Shown here one piece after another: positions 7,562-15,832 of a DNA stretch of 29,835 nt. How positions within the stretch are numbered: position 1 is the first letter of the stretch; each line of letters begins with the position of its first letter. The position numbers and the translations under genes were made by a program. Source of the DNA: an uncultured Blastocatellaceae bacterium (lineage in GTDB: Bacteria; Acidobacteriota; Blastocatellia; Pyrinomonadales; Pyrinomonadaceae); assembly GCA_964444245.1 (NCBI GenBank), contig CAYUGW010000004.1, positions 1 through 29,835 of the forward strand, written 5' to 3'. The notes below the pieces were generated by a model, which worked only from the letters and a program-made list of their open reading frames with translations, searched no databases and was not told where the DNA came from.

Positions 7562-10500
7562 CCTTGTTTTCCTCCTTCACGGTGCAGACCGCCGCCTGCG
7601 GATTGCCCGCGCAGATAATCTGCCGCAAACCTTCGATCAGAGCCTTTTGCTCATCAAGCTGTTTTTGTTGTGATTCAATTTGCGTTTTTAATTCCTGATT
7701 TTGTTTTGTGTGTTCTTCGACCTCGGTTTTGAGAGTTTGATTTTCCGTTAGCTGAGAATCAATCTGCGCCTGCTGTTCTTTGACGGCGTTGACCAAAACG
7801 GTTGTCAAGAGTTTATATTTTACGCCCTGAACCTGTCCTTCTTTATTGCGCGTAACCAAAAGCGGTTCGATTTTTTCAATATCTTCCGCGCCGAAGCCCA
7901 AATCTTCTTCCCCGCTTTCAGTCCAATCAAATTTAATCGGATTTAGGTTTTTAACGAGATTTATACCCGAGGTAAACGGCAAAATATTTCGTTTATATCG
8001 AAAAGAAGACGAGCATTCGGCTAATACTCCGGCAAACGGACCAATATCCTGGATGCATAAATCCTTATTCGCACCCGAGGTGAGCGTATTTACTTCTAAC
8101 ATACCGCCGACAGTCATATTTTCATTAACAAGGGCATCTTGCTCGGCAATGAAAGAGCCTTTAACTCTGGTTAAGCCGGGAATTATGACTCTATCGACAC
8201 CGCTTTCCCGACCAAGTGCTATTGTGTTACTCGTATCAACCGTCGCGCCGGAGCCGATCGCCGTCGCGTATTCCAGATTGTTTGAAAAACCTCCCGCATT
8301 TGTCCCGATAAAAGTGTTATTGCTTCCTGTCGTGTTGTTACTTCCGGCGTTATTGCCGATAAAGGTGTTGCTCGAACCTGTCGAATTTGCGAAGCCCGAG
8401 GCAATTCCCATAAATGTATTTGAAGAACCGGAATTATTATTGCGTCCGCTTTCAAATCCGACAAAACTGTTAGCATTTCCGCTAATATTTCTAAATCCGG
8501 CATATGCACCGACAAATGAATTATGATCTCCCCCAACATTGTCGTTACCGGATCGAAAACCGAAAAAAGCATTTCGATCGCCGAGAGTATTTGTCTGTCC
8601 CGTGTAAGCACCGAAGAATGAATTTTCTTCGCCGGAAGTGTTCAATGTTCCCGAAGATATTCCAAAAAACGAGTTGTCATTTGATATAGTCACTTTACCG
8701 GCTTGCGCTCCGAAAAATGAATTGCCGCTGTTATTGAATGTCCCAGATACGTTCATTCCGGCTTCAAATCCGAAATACGAATTATTTACTCCTTCTTCGT
8801 TCAAACTTCCGGCTGAACGCCCGAAGAAGGAATTCCCAGAGCCGAGCGTGTTCAATTCTCCGGCTTCCGAACCGAAAAACGAATTATTGTTCGACCTGTT
8901 TGTTTTACCCGACTCAAAACCGTAAAATGCGTTGTTTTCGCCCACTTGATTTTCCGAACCGGCAAAACGCCCGAAGAATGAATTTTGCGTTCCTGTGGTA
9001 TTTGATAATCCGGCTTGCGAGCCGAAGTACGAATTCCCGCTTGCATTTAAATTCGCTTTGCCTGCTTCAAATCCGTAAAAGGCATTATTCCCGCCTGATT
9101 GATTTGACGTTCCCGCTGCCCGACCGAAAAACGAATTTTGATTTCCCGTATTGTTTGTCAAACCTGCTTCCGAACCGAAAAACGAATTTCCCGTTCCGCT
9201 TGTATTGAGCGAACCCGTTTGATAACCGAAAAATGAATTGTTGCTTCCGCTGTTGTTCAAAATTCCGGCGGAACGCCCGAAAAACGAATTGTTCGCTCCC
9301 GAATTGTTATTTCCGGTATCCAGACCGACAAACGTATTGCTGCTCGACGAAATGCTCAAAACTCTCTGACCGCCGATGTTGTATTGCGTGGCGGCGTTGA
9401 AAATTCCGGCTGTTCCCGTTCCGCCGATATTGAAATTAAATCCCGATTGCTGCGTTGTCGTGTTTTGAATATAAGGCAGATTTCCCGTAAATGTTCCGGT
9501 TAAAATCAAGTTTCCCGGAATCCGAACCGTATCTGCCGCCCTGCCCAAAACAACTGAATTAATATCGGAAACCGTCGCGCCCGCGCCGATTGCCGTCGCA
9601 AAACTCAAGTTTCCCGAGCCGAAATTAGCATCTGCGCCGAGCAGAGTATTATTATTTCCGGTCGTATTTGCCGCGCCCGTATTTGTGCCGAAAAATGAAT
9701 TACTTGCTCCGCTTAAATTGTTTAATCCCGCCCGCGCTCCGAAAAACGCGTTGTAATCTCCGGTTGTTGTGAAACTTCCCGTTCGATTTCCGAAAAACGC
9801 ATTTTCTTCGGCGGAAGTGTTGGCAAGCCCTGATTGACTGCCGAAAAACGAATTTCCGGCGGCAAGATTATTTCTTCCGGCGCGATAACCGAAAAATGAA
9901 TTGGCGGTTTGCGTCGTATTGGAAGTTCCGGCTTCGAATCCGAAAAATGAATTATTGATTCCGGCAATCGAATTATTAGTTCCGGCATCCGTCCCGAAAA
10001 ATAAACTCGTTCCGTCGCCGCCTCTGCCGAGTATCCGGTCGCCGCCTAAATCGTATTGCGTTTGAGCATTGAGAATATTTGCCGTTCCCGTTCCGCTGAT
10101 ATTGAAATTGGTTGACGGCTGGATCAGTGTCCGATTTTGAACAAATTCTCCCGCCGCCAAACCGCCGAGCTGATTTGAATTATTTGCGGTATTTGCAGTT
10201 GTTGCGGTATTTGCAGTTGTTGCGGTATTTGCAGTTGTTGCGGTGTTTGCAGTGTCTGCCGTCACAGCATTTACGGCATTTGTTGCGTTCGCGGCATTTT
10301 GAGCTTGAATCGCATACGGCGAACTCCGTATCGGCTGAAGCGGATTTAACATTGTATAATCTGCATCATCCGGTTTCTTGACGGCAATTCCTAATTTACG
10401 ACCTGCGCCCGGAAATACGCCTGCACCGAATGACATCTCAACGGTAAAAACACCATTAGTAACCGTTACGCCCGGAATTGTGATCGGTGACCCGATCTGA

Positions 10501-10673
10501 ACGTCGCTTAAATCATGTAAAGTGAATTGAAAATCATACGTTCCGTTTGCCGGCAGTGACATATCGGTCAGCCGACCTTGATATGTAAAGATGTTGGTTT
10601 GCGCCTCGATTGAAATGCAAAACATTAATAAACTCAGTAAAAATAAACAACTCGTTAAACTTTTCTTTTTCAT
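7551..10673 (-). CDS. Secreted trimeric fibre/adhesin-like protein with Peptidase_S74 (intramolecular chaperone) C-terminal domain and coiled coil
   Basis: Start moved to 10673 (AAGGAG RBS, signal peptide ...SIEA|Q). FTYQGRL...SSPYAIQA head; 29 ~17-aa N(S/A/T)F(F/Y/V/I)G..(A/S/T)G repeats; CSSSFRYKRNI...GFGAEDIEKIEPLLV...VKYKLLTTVLVNAVKEQQ is S74-type; terminal coiled coil. Confidence 0.9.
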   Translation of the reverse strand: MKKKSLTSCLFLLSLLMFCISIEAQTNIFTYQGRLTDMSLPANGTYDFQFTLHDLSDVQIGSPITIPGVTVTNGVFTVEMSFGAGVFPGAGRKLGIAVKKPDDADYTMLNPLQPIRSSPYAIQAQNAANATNAVNAVTADTANTATTANTATTANTATTANTANNSNQLGGLAAGEFVQNRTLIQPSTNFNISGTGTANILNAQTQYDLGGDRILGRGGDGTSLFFGTDAGTNNSIAGINNSFFGFEAGTSNTTQTANSFFGYRAGRNNLAAGNSFFGSQSGLANTSAEENAFFGNRTGSFTTTGDYNAFFGARAGLNNLSGASNSFFGTNTGAANTTGNNNTLLGADANFGSGNLSFATAIGAGATVSDINSVVLGRAADTVRIPGNLILTGTFTGNLPYIQNTTTQQSGFNFNIGGTGTAGIFNAATQYNIGGQRVLSISSSSNTFVGLDTGNNNSGANNSFFGRSAGILNNSGSNNSFFGYQTGSLNTSGTGNSFFGSEAGLTNNTGNQNSFFGRAAGTSNQSGGNNAFYGFEAGKANLNASGNSYFGSQAGLSNTTGTQNSFFGRFAGSENQVGENNAFYGFESGKTNRSNNNSFFGSEAGELNTLGSGNSFFGRSAGSLNEEGVNNSYFGFEAGMNVSGTFNNSGNSFFGAQAGKVTISNDNSFFGISSGTLNTSGEENSFFGAYTGQTNTLGDRNAFFGFRSGNDNVGGDHNSFVGAYAGFRNISGNANSFVGFESGRNNNSGSSNTFMGIASGFANSTGSSNTFIGNNAGSNNTTGSNNTFIGTNAGGFSNNLEYATAIGSGATVDTSNTIALGRESGVDRVIIPGLTRVKGSFIAEQDALVNENMTVGGMLEVNTLTSGANKDLCIQDIGPFAGVLAECSSSFRYKRNILPFTSGINLVKNLNPIKFDWTESGEEDLGFGAEDIEKIEPLLVTRNKEGQVQGVKYKLLTTVLVNAVKEQQAQIDSQLTENQTLKTEVEEHTKQNQELKTQIESQQKQLDEQKALIEGLRQIICAGNPQAAVCTVKEENKDDE
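10184..10253. repeat. 18-bp coding tandem repeat encoding (TANTAT)n
   Basis: TTGCGGTATTTGCAGTTG in three perfect copies (10184-10237) plus a fourth imperfect, partial copy. Confidence 0.92.
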
Positions 10674-10864
10674 TTTTCTCTCCTTTTTTGTTGGTTCGGC
10701 AGACTTTTCTTTAGGGGCGAAAAAAAGACACACCGATATTGTTCGGGCAAACAGGGAGCTTTCTGCCGTTCATTTATTCGGGTTAATTTTTAATCAAAAA
10801 CTTTTCTTTTATGTGCAGAAAATCTGCAACAATTTATCCTTTTATGATTTGAAAACCGGCGTTT

Positions 10865-11350
10865 TTATTCACCGCTTTGCGTAAGTTTCCAGATGCCTTC
10901 TTCTTTGACGAAATTCATCGTTTCCCATTTTTCCTTTTCCTCGCCGAGATTTTCCACTTCGAGAGTCGCCTTGTCGCCGCTCATTTTTTCATTGCGCGTG
11001 CGCGGCTCGCCCTTGTAAAATTTGTTTGCCTGATCAATAAATTGATTGATCGAAGAATTTTTTTCGAGTTCTTCGAGTGTCTTTTTGGAAAACAGTTTTT
11101 TCGCCGTTTCGTAATCTTTTGTTCTGACCGCTTCGCTCAATGCCTTGACCGTTTCCGCAGGCGTTTTCGGATCTGTGATTTTCGTTTCGGTTTTTGCCGA
11201 ATTTTCAGCCGGCTTATTTTCCGCCGCATTTGTCGAATTATTCGTGTTTGCCGTATTTCCGCTGTTTGCCGTATTTGCCGGTTGCTGCGCGTTGCACGCA
11301 ATGGACGCAACCAATACTAATGCGATTAAAATTAATTGATAGATTTTCAT
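10865..11350 (-). CDS. Lipoprotein, DUF4878/NTF2-like
   Basis: Start moved to 11350 (GAGGG RBS). Lipobox-like VASIA|C, Asn/Ala-rich linker, then P.ETV..L.EA....DYETAKKLFS...E..SGDKATLEV...FVKEEG.WKL. Confidence 0.75.
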   Translation of the reverse strand: MKIYQLILIALVLVASIACNAQQPANTANSGNTANTNNSTNAAENKPAENSAKTETKITDPKTPAETVKALSEAVRTKDYETAKKLFSKKTLEELEKNSSINQFIDQANKFYKGEPRTRNEKMSGDKATLEVENLGEEKEKWETMNFVKEEGIWKLTQSGE

Positions 11351-11376
11351 AATTTTCCCTCTAAAAAAATTTACTT

Positions 11377-11823
11377 TCACCTTGTAAAAGCTGTGCAAAT
11401 AACTCCCATCAGCGGAGCCAGAATTAATAAAAAAACTGCCGATATTATTGCGTAGGAAATTAAAAAATCATTTCCCGTCGCAAAATAAAAACCGGCGGCA
11501 AAAATTGCTGTCAAAATTAAATGCAAAAAAAGACTCGATGCCGCCGAAGCCGGATAAATCCAGCCCGATTCGATTTTTTGAACTAAAAAAACATTTGAAA
11601 TACCGACGCATAAACTCACGGCAATCGAAAACAGAATCTGAAAAGCCAGAATGACAAAAAAGCTCGTCCAGATATTTCCGAGATGTTTTTTCGCATGAAG
11701 CGGATCGAGAACGCTTGCCGCGCTCAAAAGTATGTCGCTTACCAACATCAAACCGCCCGGAATAATAACGTAGAAAATCACGCTAAACCCGAATGCCGCG
11801 AAAATGCTTTTTGTAAATGTCAT
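11377..11823 (-). CDS. Integral membrane hypothetical protein (~4 TM)
   Basis: 148 aa, four hydrophobic segments, operon-like spacing. Confidence 0.75.
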   Translation of the reverse strand: MTFTKSIFAAFGFSVIFYVIIPGGLMLVSDILLSAASVLDPLHAKKHLGNIWTSFFVILAFQILFSIAVSLCVGISNVFLVQKIESGWIYPASAASSLFLHLILTAIFAAGFYFATGNDFLISYAIISAVFLLILAPLMGVICTAFTR

Positions 11824-11856
11824 TTTTTCACTCTCTCGAAAACCTTTACCCGAAAA

Positions 11857-12414
11857 TCAAAGTCCTGCCGTTTTGCACGGTTTGTTTGCCGAAGCGTCGG
11901 CTAATTCTCGCGCTTTTATGTTGGCGTTTGTTCCGGGTTTGACGACATCGGTTACACATAAAAATCCGCCGGAAATTTTCGTCACGATCAGATAAGACGT
12001 GTATTTTTCCGTGTTGTCGGCGTTTTCCGCGACATTATAGCGAAAGATCAAAGCAACCGGTTTTACCGTATTTCCGCTTTTTTTAACGCGCCATTCCGCC
12101 TTTTCGCCGAGCGTCGAATTGCCGTTTGAAAGAATATCTTCCAAATACAAATCCCATTCATTACCGTTTTTCGCGTGAGCGATTTTCAGCGTTTGCCGCA
12201 GATCGCCTGCGATTATATTGAGCCGAAAATCTCCCGCGCCGGGACACGCCTTCATCGTCCAGCCCTGATCTTTATTTTCATCAACCTTTCGGCATTCGCT
12301 CGATTTCAAATCCGTATAAACGCTCTCGATTTTCTGCGCCGAAGCGATGCTCGAGAAAACGAAAATTACGATCAACATTAAAATTGTACGGTTCTTGAAT
12401 TTTTCTTTTTTCAT
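11857..12414 (-). CDS. Secreted conserved hypothetical protein with 4 Cys
   Basis: Signal peptide (…SIASA|Q); ESVYTDL...C...CPG...DLRQ...EWR...P.ALI.R...YL.V.K...C...ARELAD...PC. Confidence 0.82.
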   Translation of the reverse strand: MKKEKFKNRTILMLIVIFVFSSIASAQKIESVYTDLKSSECRKVDENKDQGWTMKACPGAGDFRLNIIAGDLRQTLKIAHAKNGNEWDLYLEDILSNGNSTLGEKAEWRVKKSGNTVKPVALIFRYNVAENADNTEKYTSYLIVTKISGGFLCVTDVVKPGTNANIKARELADASANKPCKTAGL

Positions 12415-12425
12415 AAATTTTTCCT

Positions 12426-13205
12426 CTATTTTGCTAATGCCAATTCCAGCCGCAATGCCAATTCCGTCGCCGCTTGCAACGCCGGAGCGAGAGCGGCTGG
12501 GTTCGTTACCTTTGCCGGAAATTTGACGACGATTTTCCCCGCGCTCGCTTCGATAATCCAGTCGTTATTAAAATTGGCGGCAAATCTTTCGGCGACGGTG
12601 CGTTTGTCTTCCGCTTTTGTGCAGAGAATTTGATAAATTTTCTGCACATCATTTCCGCTCACAATAAAGCTTTGGTCGAACGGCGGATAACCGATTTGCA
12701 GATCGCCGCCGCCCGCAATCGCGCGGCTGAAAATATTTCCGCCGTTTCGGCTTTTGATCTGAAATTCCAGTCCGTTTCGGCTCGCAAACGCTGCTTCGCA
12801 GCAAGTCGCGTAAAATTTCTTCTGAACCCGCGTCGGTGAATCTTCAAGCAAACGCGCCGCCGAAAAATCGGAGCTTTGCGTCTGCCGAATAACAACTTCA
12901 ACCATTCGACCGGAAAAATTTCCGAACATCGTTTGCGCCGCGCTGGTTCCCTCGATTTTTGCCTGTCCGCCTAATTTATTCCGCATTTTGTCAAAATCGC
13001 CCAGCATTTCGTTGGTCGCCGGTTTGAGCTGTAAGCCGAGCTGCCGCGCGGCATTCGCCCAATCGTTTCCTTGCCGCCGCTCTTTGCGCTTGATGATAAA
13101 ATACATCGCGGAAAAAACGACGACGAAAAAAATCAGCATAACAATAGCGGCGACCGCCATCAGAATATAGGCAAATGTGTTGCTTTGAACTAAAAACGCC
13201 GTCAT
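12426..13205 (-). CDS. Single-pass membrane hypothetical protein
   Basis: AGGAG RBS; N-terminal TM followed by KRKERR...W...A.QLGL. Confidence 0.8.
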   Translation of the reverse strand: MTAFLVQSNTFAYILMAVAAIVMLIFFVVVFSAMYFIIKRKERRQGNDWANAARQLGLQLKPATNEMLGDFDKMRNKLGGQAKIEGTSAAQTMFGNFSGRMVEVVIRQTQSSDFSAARLLEDSPTRVQKKFYATCCEAAFASRNGLEFQIKSRNGGNIFSRAIAGGGDLQIGYPPFDQSFIVSGNDVQKIYQILCTKAEDKRTVAERFAANFNNDWIIEASAGKIVVKFPAKVTNPAALAPALQAATELALRLELALAK

Positions 13206-13218
13206 TCCAAACTCCTGC

Positions 13219-14427
13219 TTATTTCAGCTTGATATAAGCCAAACTCGTGTTGTTATCCGTTCCGATCTTGAAGGCGACGAGCGAAGAATTGGCGACAATA
13301 TCGCTTCCGGGCAGAGCTTTCGGTTTTGTTGCCGAAATTCCGTCATTAACGAGTTTTACGCCCGTGCCGTCGTAATACTGCAAAATTTCGGTGCGCCCGA
13401 CCGATTCGTTTCCGGCGATAAAAACATATTTTCCGTCCGGCGTAACGGCGATCATATTTCCGAAACCGATGATGCCGTTGTTTCTCGTCGAGCCGTCAAT
13501 AAATCTGTCGGTCGGCGCAACAATTACGGGCGCACCGCCTTTTTTCATAACGGCAAGCCGCGCTTCCGTGCCGTTTTTGTCTTTGGCATCGCGGTCGAGA
13601 AAATAGGCGACCGTTCCGCCGTTTGCGCCGACGCTCAGAGTTGCCGGAAATTCGCCGACTTGTTTTGTGTCGCCCGTTCGCAAATTCATCTGCATCAGAT
13701 TTTTCTTGCCGCTTTTCGCGTCGAAATAGTAAAGCATTTCGCCGTCAATCTTCATCTGGTCGGTTCCCGCGCCGCCTTTGTCCTTAAAACCGTGAACGAG
13801 CGGTTCGCCGTCGCCGCTCTTGAACATAAACGCCGCCATCTCGTTGCTGCCCTGAACCGCCGCGAAGCCGCTTTCGGCATCAATCGCCATCTGCGTCAAA
13901 TAATTTCCCGTGCGCCAGTTTTTATAATTCGTAACGACGGGTGCGCTGCCGCTGAAATCAATAATCGTGATCTGGTCGCCTTGAGCGGCTTTGGTCAAAG
14001 CGATCAGATAATCGCCGTCCGCCTGAATCGCACCGCCGTAACGCATCGAACCGCCGATTGCGCGAAGTTTTACGCCGGGAATTTCCGATATTTTTTCGGT
14101 TTTCGTGTCAAACAGATGAAGCGAAAAATCGTCGGGTTTTGTCAAAACAATGCGGTCGCCGCTGATGACGGCAAAACTGTTGTTGCTGAAATTCTCGCCG
14201 CCCGGGATTCCGCGACCTTTCGCATCGCCCGCCTTGATATAATCAACGCCCTTCACGGGTCCCGTGCCGTAAGCGATGATCGAATCGCCGACCGCGATCC
14301 GCGCCCGGTAATTGACCGCTATTCCGGTTTTAACGATCTTAAACGCGCCGCGCTGGGCGTTGATGTTTATCGAAAAGATTGAAAATAAAATTGAAAATAA
14401 AATTAAAGTGTTGATTTTTTTTAACAT
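13219..14427 (-). CDS. Secreted hypothetical protein, probable beta-propeller
   Basis: GGAG RBS, signal peptide (…ININA|Q), repeated short beta-strand blocks (e.g. IAVTPDGKYVFIAG). Confidence 0.82.
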   Translation of the reverse strand: MLKKINTLILFSILFSIFSININAQRGAFKIVKTGIAVNYRARIAVGDSIIAYGTGPVKGVDYIKAGDAKGRGIPGGENFSNNSFAVISGDRIVLTKPDDFSLHLFDTKTEKISEIPGVKLRAIGGSMRYGGAIQADGDYLIALTKAAQGDQITIIDFSGSAPVVTNYKNWRTGNYLTQMAIDAESGFAAVQGSNEMAAFMFKSGDGEPLVHGFKDKGGAGTDQMKIDGEMLYYFDAKSGKKNLMQMNLRTGDTKQVGEFPATLSVGANGGTVAYFLDRDAKDKNGTEARLAVMKKGGAPVIVAPTDRFIDGSTRNNGIIGFGNMIAVTPDGKYVFIAGNESVGRTEILQYYDGTGVKLVNDGISATKPKALPGSDIVANSSLVAFKIGTDNNTSLAYIKLK

Positions 14428-14464
14428 AAGTCTTTCTCTCCGATTAATTAAAACAATGTAAAAA

Positions 14465-15244
14465 TTAGTAGATATTCAAAGGAATAAAATCCGGCAGTGC
14501 CTGACACCATGATTTAAGACTTCCTCCGCCCGGTATCGCCGTATAAGTTGGACCTTCAAACATGAAGGTATCGTGTCCTCCTGCCCGCTGTTTTTTAAAT
14601 GCCCCCGTTACCGGAACACCGATTGTGCGAGCAATTTTGTTAATCAGGAATCTCCCCTTAAGCCCTCTGCCGGGTGAACAATGCATAAGTTCAATACAGC
14701 CGTAAGGACCAAAGATAGGTTTTAACCGACGAATGATCGGCTCAAAATATATCCAATTGTCTGTAGTCAGAGCCGAACCGTGCTTGTTGTCTATAGTCTG
14801 ATCTCCCTCCGAGATTCCCACGCTTCCCGGTGATCCGTGTCCGTGGAGACGCAATATAAAAACCGAGCCGGGTTTTGCCGCCTTGAGAATTTTCGTAACC
14901 GCCTCATCAACTCCGTTAGACATTCCGCCGATATAAATCGGATTTCCGCCAGCCTTTGTTATATCGGAAACTTCATAATCCATTGAGTATCCGTCAAAAA
15001 TATCCACGAAATCTACTATGTTCAGACGGCTTTCGCATTGCGTTAAGCGAAAGTAGGTTTCCCGACCGATATTTCCGTGATTCAGCATCAGTCTCTGATT
15101 TTGAAACTCCATAACCGCGATGGTCATCTTTTGCGTGAATTCACCGTCAGCGACCAGCGATGCGCCGGCTCGCGCGTTTAATAATTTCTGCATAACCCCG
15201 ACCGAAGGCAATTGATCCCCTTCGGTTAAAATCGTGTAACTCAT
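14465..15244 (-). CDS. Peptidoglycan-binding domain + DUF4347-like/caspase-fold (His-Cys) domain protein
   Basis: aa 1-68 L.EGD..PSV..MQ.LLN...LVADGEF.....AV.EFQ....L...G.IG.ETY.RL is a degenerate PG_binding_1. LRLHGHGSPG...IELMHCSPGRG..G..L...IA...GVPVTG is DUF4347-like. AGGAG RBS; no signal peptide. Confidence 0.7.
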   Translation of the reverse strand: MSYTILTEGDQLPSVGVMQKLLNARAGASLVADGEFTQKMTIAVMEFQNQRLMLNHGNIGRETYFRLTQCESRLNIVDFVDIFDGYSMDYEVSDITKAGGNPIYIGGMSNGVDEAVTKILKAAKPGSVFILRLHGHGSPGSVGISEGDQTIDNKHGSALTTDNWIYFEPIIRRLKPIFGPYGCIELMHCSPGRGLKGRFLINKIARTIGVPVTGAFKKQRAGGHDTFMFEGPTYTAIPGGGSLKSWCQALPDFIPLNIY

Positions 15245-15261
15245 AAAATATTCTCCTAGAG

Positions 15262-15687
15262 TTAATTAGTTTCGGCTGAAATTGCTCCCAAATCCCGCTT
15301 GGCTTGAACCATAATTTCAGACATTCGTTCGACTTTTAAGCGACAGTCTTCCCCGCGTTTTGCATTTGTTAGCAGTTTTCGGGCTTTGGAAAACTCGCGT
15401 TTTGCCAACCGCGTCTTTTCCATACAACGGCGAAAATGCCATTCGGCGATAGTTCGCAGCTCGTTGCTTTTATTTTCTTTGGCTAATTTTATCGCCTCAC
15501 CGCCGTGCCGTAATTCCTGTTCGGCAATTTCGGCAAATTGTTCGGCTTTTTCAACGGCAAGATTATTTTCCGCCATTGATTTTCTGTTTTTGACAAGAAT
15601 TTTCGGGAGACTGACTTCTTTTTGCGAAATATTAAAAACGTCCGACATTTTGTTCTCCTTTTGCGAAATGTTAAATACGTCCATCAT
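15262..15687 (-). CDS. Hypothetical alpha-helical cytoplasmic protein with two in-frame RBS-backed starts (15687 and 15648)
   Basis: AAGGAG-AACAAA-ATG precedes both starts; charged helical sequence; 17 bp from the next gene. Confidence 0.75.
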   Translation of the reverse strand: MMDVFNISQKENKMSDVFNISQKEVSLPKILVKNRKSMAENNLAVEKAEQFAEIAEQELRHGGEAIKLAKENKSNELRTIAEWHFRRCMEKTRLAKREFSKARKLLTNAKRGEDCRLKVERMSEIMVQAKRDLGAISAETN

Positions 15688-15708
15688 TTTGTTCTCCTTT
15701 TGCGAAAT
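15620..15708. repeat. 39-bp tandem repeat (~2.3 copies) spanning RBS + start codon
   Basis: TTTTGCGAAAT recurs at 15620, 15659 and 15698; translated as ISQKENKMxDVFN twice. Confidence 0.92.
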
Positions 15709-15832
15709 ATGTGCGGGAGAAGCGAGCGAAGTAAGGGCGATAAACAAACTTACTCCGCCTTCGCATATCCCTCTTTTGAATTTATTTACTTTCTGCGTAT
15801 TTCAGCCGCGTAAAATCACCGCCGATTAAAAA

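Noticed and set aside
7846-8526. Long + strand ORFs opposite the fibre gene (also 8638..8925, 9722..9988)
   Set aside because: These are antisense shadows of a repetitive, well-supported CDS, with no RBS or recognisable domain.
7551-10673. Prophage or tailocin, suggested by the tail-fibre-like S74 protein
   Set aside because: The protein has a Sec signal peptide, and no capsid, terminase, tape-measure, baseplate, sheath, integrase or holin gene is in the window.
10674-10733. Longer N-terminal extensions from the ORF track (starts 10733, 11398, 15747, 1420, 20159, 22706)
   Set aside because: Downstream ATGs have better RBS spacing and/or put the signal peptide or domain at the N-terminus.
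13660-14382. 240-aa + strand ORF; likewise 4048..4488, 15386..15829, 15910..16524 and 22681..23094
   Set aside because: All overlap better-supported genes that have an RBS, signal peptide or domain motifs, and their translations show no family signal.
14378-14404. 12-bp tandem repeat in a signal peptide (ILFSILFS)
   Set aside because: Only about two copies in AT-rich, hydrophobic-codon sequence; too weak to interpret.
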